Shown: positions 12,001-18,598 of the stretch, in pieces
Position numbering within the stretch: the first letter of the stretch is position 1
How the letters are laid out: every line of letters starts with the position of its first letter
IMG/VR virus record: IMGVR_UViG_3300032259_000004
Span: 743 to 64,742 of that record
Direction: 5' to 3' (one strand)
Length of the DNA stretch: 64,000 nucleotides
Source of the DNA: a virus
Taxonomy: Duplodnaviria > Caudoviricetes
Notes under the pieces: generated by a model
What the model was told of the DNA's origin: nothing
Seen by the model: the letters and a program-made list of their open reading frames with translations, nothing else
The model's database searches: none
Position numbers and translations under genes: made by a program

Positions 12001-12900
12001 CACCTTGCCCCGCAGCTCGGGGACCAGCTCGCCGTAGCTCTTGAGAACGGGAGCCGTGGTCGTGCGACAGGAGTAGTGGAACGGCGGCCTGGGGCCGGAG
12101 CCCACGGGGTAGACCTCCCCGTCCTCCGTCTGGCAGATCAAGGTCGTGCGCCCGTCGAGGGTGGCGACGATCTGGATCGACTTCACGATGTCGTCGTTCG
12201 CCTTGTATAGCTCCTCGCGGCTCGCAGTCGTGACGTGGTTGACGCTCGTGCGCACCAGGGTCTCGGCCTCGTATCGGCGCTTTCGGGACGTCCAGGCGCC
12301 ATCTGAGAACTTGAAGCCCTTGGTGCCGATGACGTTCGAGGTGATCTGATCCACCGTCTCTCCGGCGATCACCCCGCGCTGGATCGTCTGCGCAACGGAC
12401 GCGAACTGGCTGGCTGCGAAGTCGCTGATGTGCTCGCCGTAGAACTTGGCGTTCTCACCGCCGTAGGGCAGCTCCGTGACCAGGCTCTTGAGGGTATTGG
12501 AGGAGGGCGTGGAGTAGTTGACGGACAGGGGAACGAGTCCCGAGAGGAGCCTCTCTTGAAAGCCAACCTCCCACTCCCCCACGCCCTCCAAGGCGCTGAT
12601 GAGATGATCGTCGATGTTCTGGACAACGCCATCCACGTACTTGCGGATCGCTTCGAGCTGAACGGCAGCTCGGGCCGAGACCACGGGGCCTGGATCGTAG
12701 CCGAGCGGCAGGGCTCTCGCGAGCCTGGATCGCAGCAGGTCTTCGAGCTGTCCACGGCTGTCTTCGAGGACCTTGACGATCTCGGCGCTGATGGCGTTCG
12801 AGTGGCGGAGCAGGCCGACCTGATGCCCGATCATGGCATCGGCCAGGGCGCCGTTGACGGTCTGCTGGAGCGCCTCCCGAATGGCAGCTTCGGTTGCCAC
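1..12900 (-). CDS. Giant MuF (SPP1 gp7-like head morphogenesis) polyvalent protein, >=4300 aa, 3' end outside window
   Basis: GTG at 12900 overlaps the TAG of the upstream gene. Hand translation of this frame shows no stop down to base 1. N-terminus MATEAAIREALQQ...RYEAETLVRT...ATLDGRTTLIC...PPFHYSCRTT is the MuF core. It is followed by ART (TLYRG/FQSFS/EAEV), HEMMH zincin, 2 RelA/SpoT-like, 2 zeta-like P-loop and 4 GNAT domains. Confidence 0.9.
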   Translation of the reverse strand, partial: MATEAAIREALQQTVNGALADAMIGHQVGLLRHSNAISAEIVKVLEDSRGQLEDLLRSRLARALPLGYDPGPVVSARAAVQLEAIRKYVDGVVQNIDDHLISALEGVGEWEVGFQERLLSGLVPLSVNYSTPSSNTLKSLVTELPYGGENAKFYGEHISDFAASQFASVAQTIQRGVIAGETVDQITSNVIGTKGFKFSDGAWTSRKRRYEAETLVRTSVNHVTTASREELYKANDDIVKSIQIVATLDGRTTLICQTEDGEVYPVGSGPRPPFHYSCRTTTAPVLKSYGELVPELRGKVRRTPRERAMLDGTTSGKVTYNRWLRRQNAEMQNFVLGRYRGRLYRTNPDISIHKFADPQGRMMSLSQLVAQDARLFLTLSDAEIVKLDQWLERGQMQRLLTMKAKKEGRLPKPKPKPTPEQEFFKARDATFGELREGDVLKMGSNRARITSNVIEDDKAHITYEMRKTDGTISVREMTQPAGKKAPSQVMPQADLRPSYKARQMSRAEAIEVFEREIPENAHVGWFRREDIAYKRTITEAMDESQDARDAALNIMHRQVEDLLGKEVPFDEFLNTEYTLYRGGKLSGSDARNTFQSFSLDKRTAQKFIDKNGGDLFEIKLKPSQTYGSGQTIAEAEVMIPTNTAMRARIVGEAIDRKPDVPKVIPRQRTNERVRAAKKWAKDNDGPILQTTETKTARALAEATDDWNEKLTLRGDLPDQNIDPRTGLPFSDEYIAWRANQHSTFAQIKRQLIGKDAGIKEIDPERLAVLQEALNANWNNPVFRQILDSDELPEQIYVSLKKAMTRFDLVDGDGPAGDIAGIGTSFFHDVENFLDLVETLTSDQPFAPGVDTVANTWSRVLRARLGYRLQRMMNNEYEEAGGIRQVLLANKGRVAADLSKKADADFADAFAELFTIITDPNYKRADWPDWVNEAGDRMVDALNHRLKMRLVVSEPSPDSEAAEDFFNKMIANLAKQRDGEMPQVPEFQDVRELERWALDHIIDKDVLAEARVERARILALSDNDKIDEFGSVAKALEEADEAVRLVKLEGLGDMARELVEEIVGAQHRFKLPLLRELTDGKDVDWPTRGSLFGFNYRKMSIDWNKSLFDRMAAKGESVESIVLKAFNRGYLSEGNLREVFQHEMMHYIQHYASEEIRDAMDNVIAVAQRGATGQMSQNQFRVLYFRSISGYASEDDMMFNWNEVVTELYAAVYRKGLNGVVPESPLAGDEWRESMKDAILTLYRTMGMSDPPDVPGPDPMVPRFYQAAIPEADKKPDVPTALQIDHNNPKVKELLQIVEDGGKIDDDALYLALSDADKARVAQYVERAAGNEDEYKAIIDAVAKQFKMTDGDFADPEPETYFYGPLKKAERVAAKALGDYDGDLSQVGDVLRMTYVVDDPADAAKVLRALEELDAPEGVKNRMIEPGPGGYRDVIFKLVLKDGMKAEVQINNRPMLLAKNGPGHKLYEAMRVLDKGTPEYKRLAKESELLYGRAWLRTCKIHPTFPGCPQKIKPLDKAVPGGRSTFAHEVKISRTLANGDVEDILPDLPGSTDATLSDVEKAMAWIKETTDIDLDEYATRLLSEADIDLDVTGIMTTYHQHKSGGDSISFVLYAQDSANPNVKFHWAIRFGHDTDGKLHVHHTSIEIHPELRGLGKKMMWAAFDAYDEMGADEVSLFAVDVGSYAWGRYGFKMKQDEWDDYRRYLTRWLYGPESDIEGERGLGHFVPHNNREMRAFFEGLPEELRESVIEILEDADPAAFHRLVDLETRVKIKLATLNDEAAVVARPKVEMPLGRALTMRTEWSGSIDLKDDAQMVRFWRYVGDEERTFEAKKRMKEPPRENVISPEKAALELVKKVEDGEDIEPDAVFLSLSEPEKQKVLSYIARAADNEDEYNELIDAVARELGMEMSSFKDPTPNSYFYGPLKTAERVAEKAMTDYDGDLSQVGDVLRMTFVVDDPADAMKLFEKLEAIDEPVGLKNRMLNAGPAGYRDVIFKLTLKDGMKAEVQINNRPMLLAKAGKGHTLYKKMRVLPKTDPEYKRLAKESELLYGRAWRRTCLEHPEFPGCPARKDLEEILPEGASLRRTWKDKDGKVQRTFLSREEMNDQWKEALGTDESLDDFLYNIANSIEGVDHIDSMGIAINQVDEVPKVYFSFNLIDAEGKQILFVSREIELLSGGRLRAVHRVMTVDPDYRGAGKEFMRASFIEYEKLGINEVRIPSAVNDGAYAWPRYGFQADAGSWDEVRKPLRAALTGSATDDEYPGFNEPFGFADTPEDLERWFDALPGNVQQEVLAILDNPDPSALQDLAALSQKVTISSDYMTDGESLEVKLGYALLKRQAFSELKLDTEDGEQMARFWRYVDDDDRAEGAIQRAVLQAEKAAKTPDELELPDIEERLAKRKAFDDSPGQHGDDKAYVKWLEEEADDALKDELAPELDEIIERGSTKAMHTDAEGEYTPERKELHEEIINYVMKKIITSEEGTEEVEELTYQMMGGGIAAGKTTSIRSGFVKLPRNHSMIAADDIKNMLPEYQKLLKARRYEGAELVHLESSDITWEIHRRLLAQGTHNIVMDGTADGDLDSMVGTLTRMREAGYRLVVDYSSNPTDLAVFYSKNRAERTGRWVAEGVTRRVHRAVSIRAIEFLERDLFDEMRLWDTEISGKARAILDATRGGTIFVRNREALRRFLDKGGQEARDAWDRILASGRKVEYRGASRKLRKMLAQSEGKDVDDDLLWTGNITRRVEGSRMPAVEAGLDDLIEEVREEFGIELEDYLSGIVRQVDEGHSFKHLDIDIDTADEFPKIEIGLRVVNEDGDKIMDLAREIYRGKDGRLVARHGNFYVDEKYRGIGRDVMHNMVEFYEKIGVRQIEIPFTADVGPYAWARYGFETGPNQWMTWRNKLRRVLLGKGGAEDIDFEGGWADQTKMVRAFQALTDDEKARVLDILSSPDPRAMWQLADLDLVVPDPDGVEDALKLGQVLVARNSYWGARIQLDDPEQMTRFWHYVGNKYRRELAKNQFEHKLDEVLERQGLSYKVGARAAAKFDSEAPGDHPGDEEFLKWMAKEAEGEEREKIQAEVDQWHEPGTKQETQNMHKTPEGEWTPERRELHETILDYMVNTIIEDSDNIDVDELTFHMMGGGPASGKSTGIEAGYYSLPKGHALLNADAIKDWLPEYQQLLKLRSVENAQVVHEESSYLVKEALRRVAAKRKTHMVLDGTGDGSLEGLKKKIEMARKRGYRVVADYNTLPEDLAAKLAKMREAKMGRGVPDPILRGAHRTVTVRAMNALEESLFDEINIWDNEVRGVAKLILESKGKDGKIYVHNRDALTRFLDKAKGREAWDIWERIEESGRVEYVTARQKLETLLKPIRVTDPGGGAVEVEPDIKLSLLKTAKGGAREEDVDLDEMHRAWQNLFGEDQEVEDWMIRIIEDSDDATHINSMTVSIDPNERTGFVHIEYADKDGNKMFDIMRTFNKKADGSVEVDHDALYVDPIARGLGRHIMRNSMEWYEKIGVSKIHIPDATSNGSYAWARYGFTPNQGAWDNVRNKITAVMGPGRISEEPWGAAGDPHITRQILDALSPEDRNRLLTILADPDPKAMWKLADLDLEIDLGALDDPRLTGTTTLGRLLLYRNRWQGDLELEDDEAMARFWKYVNNNYQHDVRKAAMAEKAAKLKAAGPEIPEIVPTPTLPKIPKIDHHGMKSSTAPYRKAFGPVPKKRGQWTFRVTLLDEDGNIRAEQLIEVPGTGQGVEYPSALNAARVRAGQIWGDDESAFLELVDSEIGHERPSTTLLARPAEESRMRPAIRPEKDAVTVEDAVANVAQKAATEVVLPPDMEIAQATSTALAQISRHELLKQVMPAEDLESGQIVFRGMDVYRAAFRERMLDTDLEPDRDDAHKFALQKMTETITQEVDDKVDVYAAKVADEMAEELAPPELWMKAEPEIAELFEGEGGLRSVMRDGLEVMIRDRIRAGKRTTRDDARDWITGSMNANIGQWGTATDSAITNTGMDAALKAAVQSSEVLKRRWKTVPKFATLDEDDQIALRDALKAGMRVWYRDQLRELSKLPREQQGDVNRVLFMSKTRRGSLIKHLGEEFAPDVIYIDDDALKEVVAEVAEQLGDRFGKVLDATWQARAKKYEEWGEKILDAIDGDDLPTFVRLQQAIFDLRDEMDGDLGEIPDELMKPIRVRIANAMAKAYDVKLENLETDELRDLVKAAKLMPDKDANNLSAQEIRNILGAQDRGAQIRFVDTARREAKARAGKEGSAIRKRLLKVLEKTEEERKRNLRKAAENFKRIQEIRDPVVK

Positions 12901-13532
12901 TATGGGACCACCTCGAAGCCAAGAGCGTCAACGATGATCTGATCGAGACTCTCCTCCATGCGCTGCCACGAGGTTGGGTCGTATTCGAGCCTCCAAAGCT
13001 CTTGGTAGTAGTAGCCGGGGTCGAAGTAGGAGTCGGCGAGCTGGTAGCGGTACTGGGCGAAGCCGACCCGTGAGTGTGAGGGCTCGATGTTCAGCCAGTC
13101 GCCGACCTTCTCGACTGCCGCGCCAGGAGCTTCGAGAATCCACTCGTAGCGCAGGAAGAGCTTCTCGTAGCAGTCCACCCCGAGCCAGGAGCGGTGTTGC
13201 TGGCTCCAGGCTCGCCCAGGTCGGTAGCGGTTGACGAACTCGTGGAACGTGCCGCCGTGCCAGGGCTCCGGCATCCAGGTGAGTTGGAGCCCGCGATCCT
13301 CGCTCGCCGTCCGAGACGCCCATCTCCACACCGAGACAGCCCAGGCCATCGGGTGCTTCGAGATGACGAAGAGCCGGTCCGATCCGGTCCCGTAGTGGTC
13401 CCAGTCGCGGTGCTTGTTCGCGGGCTGGAGCGCGACACTTGGAAAGTGCTCCCCGAAGAGCCACCGTTGGGCGAAGTTGGTGCCGGAGCGCTGGAGGCCC
13501 CGGAGCATCACCGGGAATCTCTCACCCGCCAT
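12900..13532 (-). CDS. Sulfotransferase-family protein
   Basis: GLQRSGTN (5'-PSB-like), ISKHPMAWAVS (3'-PB-like), FLRYE; translationally coupled to MuF. Confidence 0.65.
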   Translation of the reverse strand: MAGERFPVMLRGLQRSGTNFAQRWLFGEHFPSVALQPANKHRDWDHYGTGSDRLFVISKHPMAWAVSVWRWASRTASEDRGLQLTWMPEPWHGGTFHEFVNRYRPGRAWSQQHRSWLGVDCYEKLFLRYEWILEAPGAAVEKVGDWLNIEPSHSRVGFAQYRYQLADSYFDPGYYYQELWRLEYDPTSWQRMEESLDQIIVDALGFEVVP

Positions 13533-13695
13533 GATGGTCTCGAATCAGGTCGCGCAGCTTGCGCGTGATGGCGGCCTTCTTGCCGCGTTCATGCAGCGCT
13601 GTCGCCTTCGCCTTCGAGCCCTTTCCGAAGTGGGGCTTCCCGGTTGGTGTCTGGTGTCCGACTTGTCCCTCGACGACGATCTTCTTGACGGTCAT
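13522..13695 (-). CDS. Small basic hypothetical protein (57 aa)
   Basis: MTVKKIVVEGQVGHQ...KLRDLIRDHHGG; AAGGA RBS; overlaps the next start codon. Confidence 0.5.
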   Translation of the reverse strand: MTVKKIVVEGQVGHQTPTGKPHFGKGSKAKATALHERGKKAAITRKLRDLIRDHHGG

Positions 13696-13779
13696 GGCGT
13701 TCCTTTGACTCAGGATGGAAGCAGCTATGCGCGCCCCTCACGGGGCGACCGCAGTGCGGACAGTTCACTCAGGCCCTCC

Positions 13780-14412
13780 TCAATGGCGGCAACATCCCCA
13801 CTCGATCTCACCTTTGAGGCCGTAGCAGTTGTCGACGAGCTGCCGATACTGGCAGCAATCGGCGAAGGTGTAGTAGACCCACATCTCGCACTCGTTGATC
13901 GACTCCGGCTCGTACTCGAAGTAGCCGGGGTGGTTCCCGTTTTTCGGGCAGCGCCGTGGATCGCCGCAGCTCGCACCTCGACACCGATCCTGGAGACTAC
14001 CTGGGCCAGCCGCCAGAGCGGGCGAAGCGAACAGCGAGGCCACGGTCTCCGTCTGGTTGCCATCGTCGAGCACGAAGGCGAGCACTTGGTTCGGCCCGTC
14101 GGGGTTGTTCCTCTCGACGGAGACACAGTTGTCGGTGTTGCCCCAGTGGTTGAGGAGCTTACCCCCAGCAACCTCGAAGCTCTCCGTGGGGGTCTCGCCC
14201 CAGTGCTTCTCGAACTCCTCCTTGAACGTCGGCCCGGTCGGGTCCTGGACAGCAACGAAGACCTGAACGATGTCCCGGTGGAGGTAGTGAAAATACCCCC
14301 AGGTGAAGACCATGATGACGGCCATGCAAGACGCAAGGGTCACGACAGAATGGGGGATCTCATCGCACTCGATGATTGGCTTTTCTCTGGGCCATCGAAT
14401 CTTGGTCGTCAT
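13780..14412 (-). CDS. Membrane-anchored Cys-rich hypothetical protein
   Basis: GGAGG RBS; hydrophobic segment near aa 23-42; many Cys in the C-terminal third. Confidence 0.65.
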   Translation of the reverse strand: MTTKIRWPREKPIIECDEIPHSVVTLASCMAVIMVFTWGYFHYLHRDIVQVFVAVQDPTGPTFKEEFEKHWGETPTESFEVAGGKLLNHWGNTDNCVSVERNNPDGPNQVLAFVLDDGNQTETVASLFASPALAAGPGSLQDRCRGASCGDPRRCPKNGNHPGYFEYEPESINECEMWVYYTFADCCQYRQLVDNCYGLKGEIEWGCCRH

Positions 14413-14480
14413 GGCTCCCCTCCTGGGGGCTGGTTACACGAATGGTCGGCACTGATGACAGTCACAGTCAGTGGTGTGCA

Positions 14481-16037
14481 CTAGGCATCGCCCCCTTCCA
14501 GGTCCTCGGCGTCATCCCCGGCGTTCTGCGGCATCTTGTCCTTACCTGCCGCCATGAGCCCGGCCAGGCTCGCCAGCGAATCGTTGTCGTCCTTCGAGTT
14601 CTCTTCCAGCCGATCTGCCTCCTCCTTCTCGTCGAAAGCGTCCGAGAGGATGTTGCGCCGCTTCCACTCACTCCACATCGTCTCGCGGCTGATCTGTCCT
14701 TTCGACTCTGCCTCAGCCAGCATCTTCCCGACCTCCGAGTCATGCAGCGCGATCCCGAAGTCGGTGTAGACCTTCAGGCTGCCGCCGCCGCTGGTGATCC
14801 CCCACTGGTCCGCCGTATAGGCCGTGCCGATCTCCAGGGAGTCCTGGAGGCCCTCGGCCATCGCCTGAAGGGCACTGTGAGCCTCGGCGGCTTCGACGCC
14901 TGTCTGGGTCGCTGTGATGTCGCCCGTCTTCGGGAGCAGGAGACGCATCGCGACGTCGCCCATCTGCTCCATCAGGTCGTTCAGGTCATCTCGACCGGCA
15001 CCGATGGCGTTGCCATTGATCTCGACGTAGCTGAGAGCAGCTTCGGAGTTCTCCTGGGTGATGAGCCGGTTCGGCCCGATCTCCAGGGAGTCTCCAGGAG
15101 CACTGACCCAGCCCTTCGCGAAAAGCAGCGGCACACGAGCGACGTGGAGGATGTGGCGCTGGTCGGAGCTGGACTGCCAGTGAGCCAGGTTCAAGTAGGC
15201 GAGGTCGAGCAGCGGAGGCGCTCCCACCATGTAAGCGACCCGCTTCGTGTAGACGGGGACGATAGGAATGTAGCCTATCGAGGTCTTGCCCTGCGCCAGG
15301 AGCCGATAGCGGCCCTCCTCGTCGTCCTCGATGGGGACGTACTGAGCCCAGCCGCCCGGCACGAGCACCATCACACCCTCGACATCCTCCTCGGTGAAGT
15401 CATCGCGGTCGACGGTGAGGTCGATCTTGACCCGGAACTGCGACAGGAACAGCCGCCCGTTGTAAATTTCCGTCTTCCAACCCAGGACGTCATCGGCCCG
15501 ATACTGGACCCAGTAGACGCGCTTCTCCTTGGCCGCTCTGTCTGACTTCCGGAGCTTCACGACGTTACCCTGCTCATCCTTGGGCTCGGCCTGCATATCA
15601 ACCAGGAAGTAGGAGATGCCATCGAGCAGCGCATCCATGAAGACATCGCGAGCGAAGATGTTGAGGTGCCTGCCGGTGTTGTCGATGTTCTCCATCCACT
15701 CCCTGACGACGGGAGGGACGTCCTCGCCGATGTCGATGGGCCTGGCGAACGGCTTGCCGCCGAGCACCTGAACGGTGCGCGAGATCCCGTTGTAGAGGAA
15801 CGTGCGCTGGAGCCTCGACTCGTAGGCCGCATTCGTCTCGCCGGGCTCCTGCGGCAGATACGTCTTGCCCAGCGCTCGCATGACCTCGGTGCCGCCGTAG
15901 ACGGCTCGCACTGGCGCCCTCTGAGCTGCCATTGCCTGAACGACAGGCGTCGGTGTCGCGATCTCCAACGGCGCCGTCTGCGGCCAGTTCAGCCCCTCTC
16001 CGAAGGACGACTTCAGTTGTGCTTGGGCTTCAGCCAT
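14481..16037 (-). CDS. Phage portal protein (DUF4055-like)
   Basis: YLPQEPGET..YESRL, PPLLDLAYLNLAHWQSSSDQRHILH motifs; 518 aa; follows terminase. Confidence 0.9.
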   Translation of the reverse strand: MAEAQAQLKSSFGEGLNWPQTAPLEIATPTPVVQAMAAQRAPVRAVYGGTEVMRALGKTYLPQEPGETNAAYESRLQRTFLYNGISRTVQVLGGKPFARPIDIGEDVPPVVREWMENIDNTGRHLNIFARDVFMDALLDGISYFLVDMQAEPKDEQGNVVKLRKSDRAAKEKRVYWVQYRADDVLGWKTEIYNGRLFLSQFRVKIDLTVDRDDFTEEDVEGVMVLVPGGWAQYVPIEDDEEGRYRLLAQGKTSIGYIPIVPVYTKRVAYMVGAPPLLDLAYLNLAHWQSSSDQRHILHVARVPLLFAKGWVSAPGDSLEIGPNRLITQENSEAALSYVEINGNAIGAGRDDLNDLMEQMGDVAMRLLLPKTGDITATQTGVEAAEAHSALQAMAEGLQDSLEIGTAYTADQWGITSGGGSLKVYTDFGIALHDSEVGKMLAEAESKGQISRETMWSEWKRRNILSDAFDEKEEADRLEENSKDDNDSLASLAGLMAAGKDKMPQNAGDDAEDLEGGDA

Positions 16038-16067
16038 CTATGGGCCTCCGTCGTTTGGTTCGTAGTC

Positions 16068-16187
16068 CTAGCGGCGTTTCAGGGTGATCTTGCGGCCTGT
16101 CTTCTTCTTGGGCCTGGGGGGCTGCTTGCGCTTCTTCTTCGTCGGGGTGTACCTGACCGGGAGGTAGCTCGTGATCTGGTTCGGCAT
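16068..16187 (-). CDS. Very basic 39-aa peptide
   Basis: MPNQITSYLPVRYTPTKKKRKQPPRPKKKTGRKITLKRR; GGAG RBS; fills the terL-portal gap. Confidence 0.45.
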   Translation of the reverse strand: MPNQITSYLPVRYTPTKKKRKQPPRPKKKTGRKITLKRR

Positions 16188-16253
16188 CGTCTCTCCAGGG
16201 CGGCTCGAAAGCGCGCCGGTTCATGCGGTGCATCATGCGCGTCCAGCGTCGCA

Positions 16254-17729
16254 TCATTGCCGGAACTCCGTACTGCTCATCGTCTTGTAGCTCATCACCG
16301 CGTAGCGCACCTCGTCGCCGATGTGGTCCTCGGCGTCAGTGTCCACGTCGTCGGGCTTCTTCTCGTCCATCGGCAGCAAGGGCATTGTCCGCTCGAACTC
16401 GCGGCAGTTACCCTCGAACCAGTAGAGTCCGGGACCTTCGGGGTGGTCGGAGGCGGCCTCGCTCAGCATCTCGCGCACCCTACCCCAACCGGCGATCCTC
16501 GTGTTGTCGGCCTTCATCATCCCCAGCCACTTCAACTGGGTGCCTTCGGTCATCTGCCGGTAGATCGACTTGCCGCCGCTCTCGTCGAAGATCGACGGGT
16601 CGGCGTAGCCTCTCCACTCCCGCGATGGCGCGATCTCCTCGCGAGCTTCCTCGACCAGGCGACCGAGCCTGGCGTTGACGATCCTGGCGCCCTGGTTCGG
16701 CTTCAGGATGCCGTTCTGGTCGCGCTCGGCGGTGTAGACCTCGCCGATCCGGATGAAGGTGCCCTTCGGGAAGACCCGCCCAGGATACGGGCACCCGCTG
16801 TTCTTCGGCAGTGGCTCCCCGGAGCTGATCGCGTAGAGCCCGAGCGCGGACGGCTTCGCGAAGCCCCAGTCGAAGCTCGACAGCAGCCCCCAGGAGGCCG
16901 GGATCTCGAACCACTTCAAGCGCTGCTTCTCGGGTCGCCAGACGTCGGAGAAGAACGCCCCGGCAATAACATCCCAGGCACCGTAGCGCCACGCCTTGAT
17001 GAGCGCCTGGGAGTTCGAGGAAGCCATGAGGCGGCGCTCGTAGGTCGGGTCGGACTCGACGAGCTTCGGGTTGTCTTCGAGCTTGGCCGGGATGAACATC
17101 ACCCCTTGGCCGGTCACCGGGTCGATATGCTCCTCGAAGCCCTGTGGGGCTGGATCGACATAGCGGGCCTTGACCCAGTGGTGACCCGGCCCTCCAGGGT
17201 TGCCGGTCAAGAGCATCTCGCAAGAGACGCCGTGCGCGGATCGGAGTGTCGCACCGATGAGCTTGATGGGCTCAGGATCGGGCCACTGCTGGGCCTCCTC
17301 GATGACGATGTAGGTGTAGGCGTGCCCTTGGTAGAACTGTGCCGCTTTCGCGTCCCAGAGGTGACGGAAGCGAAGCTGTGACCCATCAGGCCACTGCCAC
17401 ATGAGTCGCGGCGAGCCGATGAACTTGCCCCCGGTCGCGGGGTAGAGCTGGAGCGACCTGGCGATCACGTCTTCGAGGTTGATGGCGCGTCGCCGGAAGA
17501 CGATCCCGCGAGCGTTGCCCCTCCAGCGATCCCGGTGCTTGAGCCACTTGCCGAGCACTCCGTCCGTCTTACCCCCGCCACGGGCTCCACCGTAGAAGAT
17601 CTCGGGGCAATCGCTCTCGATCAGCTCGATCTGCGGATGGGGCTCCCCGAGCGTGCTCTCCTGCGGGCTCCAGATGTTGCGCCAGTTCTGGGACTCGACG
17701 TTCAAGACTCCGTGGACGATCTCCGACAT
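16254..17729 (-). CDS. terL: Terminase large subunit
   Basis: Walker A YGGARGGGKT, Walker B YIVIEE, TGNPGGPGH, nuclease SFDWGF and DHIGDEVRY; alternative start at 17792. Confidence 0.95.
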   Translation of the reverse strand: MSEIVHGVLNVESQNWRNIWSPQESTLGEPHPQIELIESDCPEIFYGGARGGGKTDGVLGKWLKHRDRWRGNARGIVFRRRAINLEDVIARSLQLYPATGGKFIGSPRLMWQWPDGSQLRFRHLWDAKAAQFYQGHAYTYIVIEEAQQWPDPEPIKLIGATLRSAHGVSCEMLLTGNPGGPGHHWVKARYVDPAPQGFEEHIDPVTGQGVMFIPAKLEDNPKLVESDPTYERRLMASSNSQALIKAWRYGAWDVIAGAFFSDVWRPEKQRLKWFEIPASWGLLSSFDWGFAKPSALGLYAISSGEPLPKNSGCPYPGRVFPKGTFIRIGEVYTAERDQNGILKPNQGARIVNARLGRLVEEAREEIAPSREWRGYADPSIFDESGGKSIYRQMTEGTQLKWLGMMKADNTRIAGWGRVREMLSEAASDHPEGPGLYWFEGNCREFERTMPLLPMDEKKPDDVDTDAEDHIGDEVRYAVMSYKTMSSTEFRQ

Positions 17730-17754
17730 CACCTTCCGGTGAAGGCTCGGCGGA

Positions 17755-18486
17755 TCAACCAGAGACGTGGTAGTCGGACTCGTCGAGAGCAACCAGACCT
17801 CCGGGTGTGTTGGCTTCGATCCTGGACGCGAAGGCCCGCAGATCGTTCGGGTCTCGGATGAAGTCGCGAGCCGCCTGGACGACGACAGCCGCCAGGGCGA
17901 GCGCCTGCTCTGCCGAGAGGGCGACAGACTTGCGGAACGCGATCTTCGAGTCGGTGTCTACGGTCTTCCGTCGTTGCTCCCAGAGGTCGAGGAGGTCGTT
18001 CCAGATCAGGTCCTCACCGATGCCCTGCTTGAGCACCTCGATCATCTCGTCGAGGACCTTCAGGCGCTTGGCGTCCTTCGTCATCCCGCGCAGCTTCTTG
18101 GCAGACGCCAACGCCACTTTGAGCGACTCACCGTGACCGCCGTCCGCGAGCTTCGAGAACAGCTCGTCGGCCCTGGAGTCCATGAGCGCGATCTGGTTGC
18201 GGTTCGTTCTGAGGTTCTCGGAGTCGAGCGCTCGGCTGGCGACGTCGAGGTAGCGGGCTGGGAGGTGCTTCGAGAACTCGCCGTGCGTTGTCGAGGGATG
18301 AGCGAATCCCTTCAGCGCCTTCCCGCCGTGCACGCGACAGCAGTGAGCCCCACGGATCGCGTGACCATTGCAGAGGATCTTGGTGCGCTTCGAGTGAGCC
18401 GTGCAGCCGTTCTTGCCCTTCGGCTTCCCGCAGCCGCAGGGACAGATCCCATACTTCGGATTTTTGAGTTTACAGAGGCGGCACAC
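17755..18486 (-). CDS. Putative terminase small subunit (HGGxSTG-like N-terminal Zn motif)
   Basis: CTAHSKRT..C...CRVHGG..T.HG.FSK; helical C-terminus; directly upstream of terL. Confidence 0.7.
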   Translation of the reverse strand: MCRLCKLKNPKYGICPCGCGKPKGKNGCTAHSKRTKILCNGHAIRGAHCCRVHGGKALKGFAHPSTTHGEFSKHLPARYLDVASRALDSENLRTNRNQIALMDSRADELFSKLADGGHGESLKVALASAKKLRGMTKDAKRLKVLDEMIEVLKQGIGEDLIWNDLLDLWEQRRKTVDTDSKIAFRKSVALSAEQALALAAVVVQAARDFIRDPNDLRAFASRIEANTPGGLVALDESDYHVSG

Positions 18487-18598
18487 TTCTCACCCGTTGC
18501 AAGAGGGCATCCTCGTTGCATGAGGACCCCGAAGTAAGTGTGCCTGTCTTCTTCGGAGCTTTTACCGCGTGTAGTGTAGCACCTACGAGTTGTGGAGG

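Noticed and set aside
13590-13770. Alternative 59-aa ORF MNCPHCGRP... after a GGAGG
   Set aside because: Largely overlaps the better-supported 13522-13695 ORF in another frame and cannot be supported.
15666-17381. 571-aa plus-strand ORF
   Set aside because: Shadow ORF antisense to portal and terL.
18465-18478. TGAGTTTACAGAGG resembles a fusion of spacers TGAGTTTC and ACACAGAG
   Set aside because: Requires trimming both spacers and places them on the same strand, which is not the expected opposite-strand geometry. Plausible by chance.
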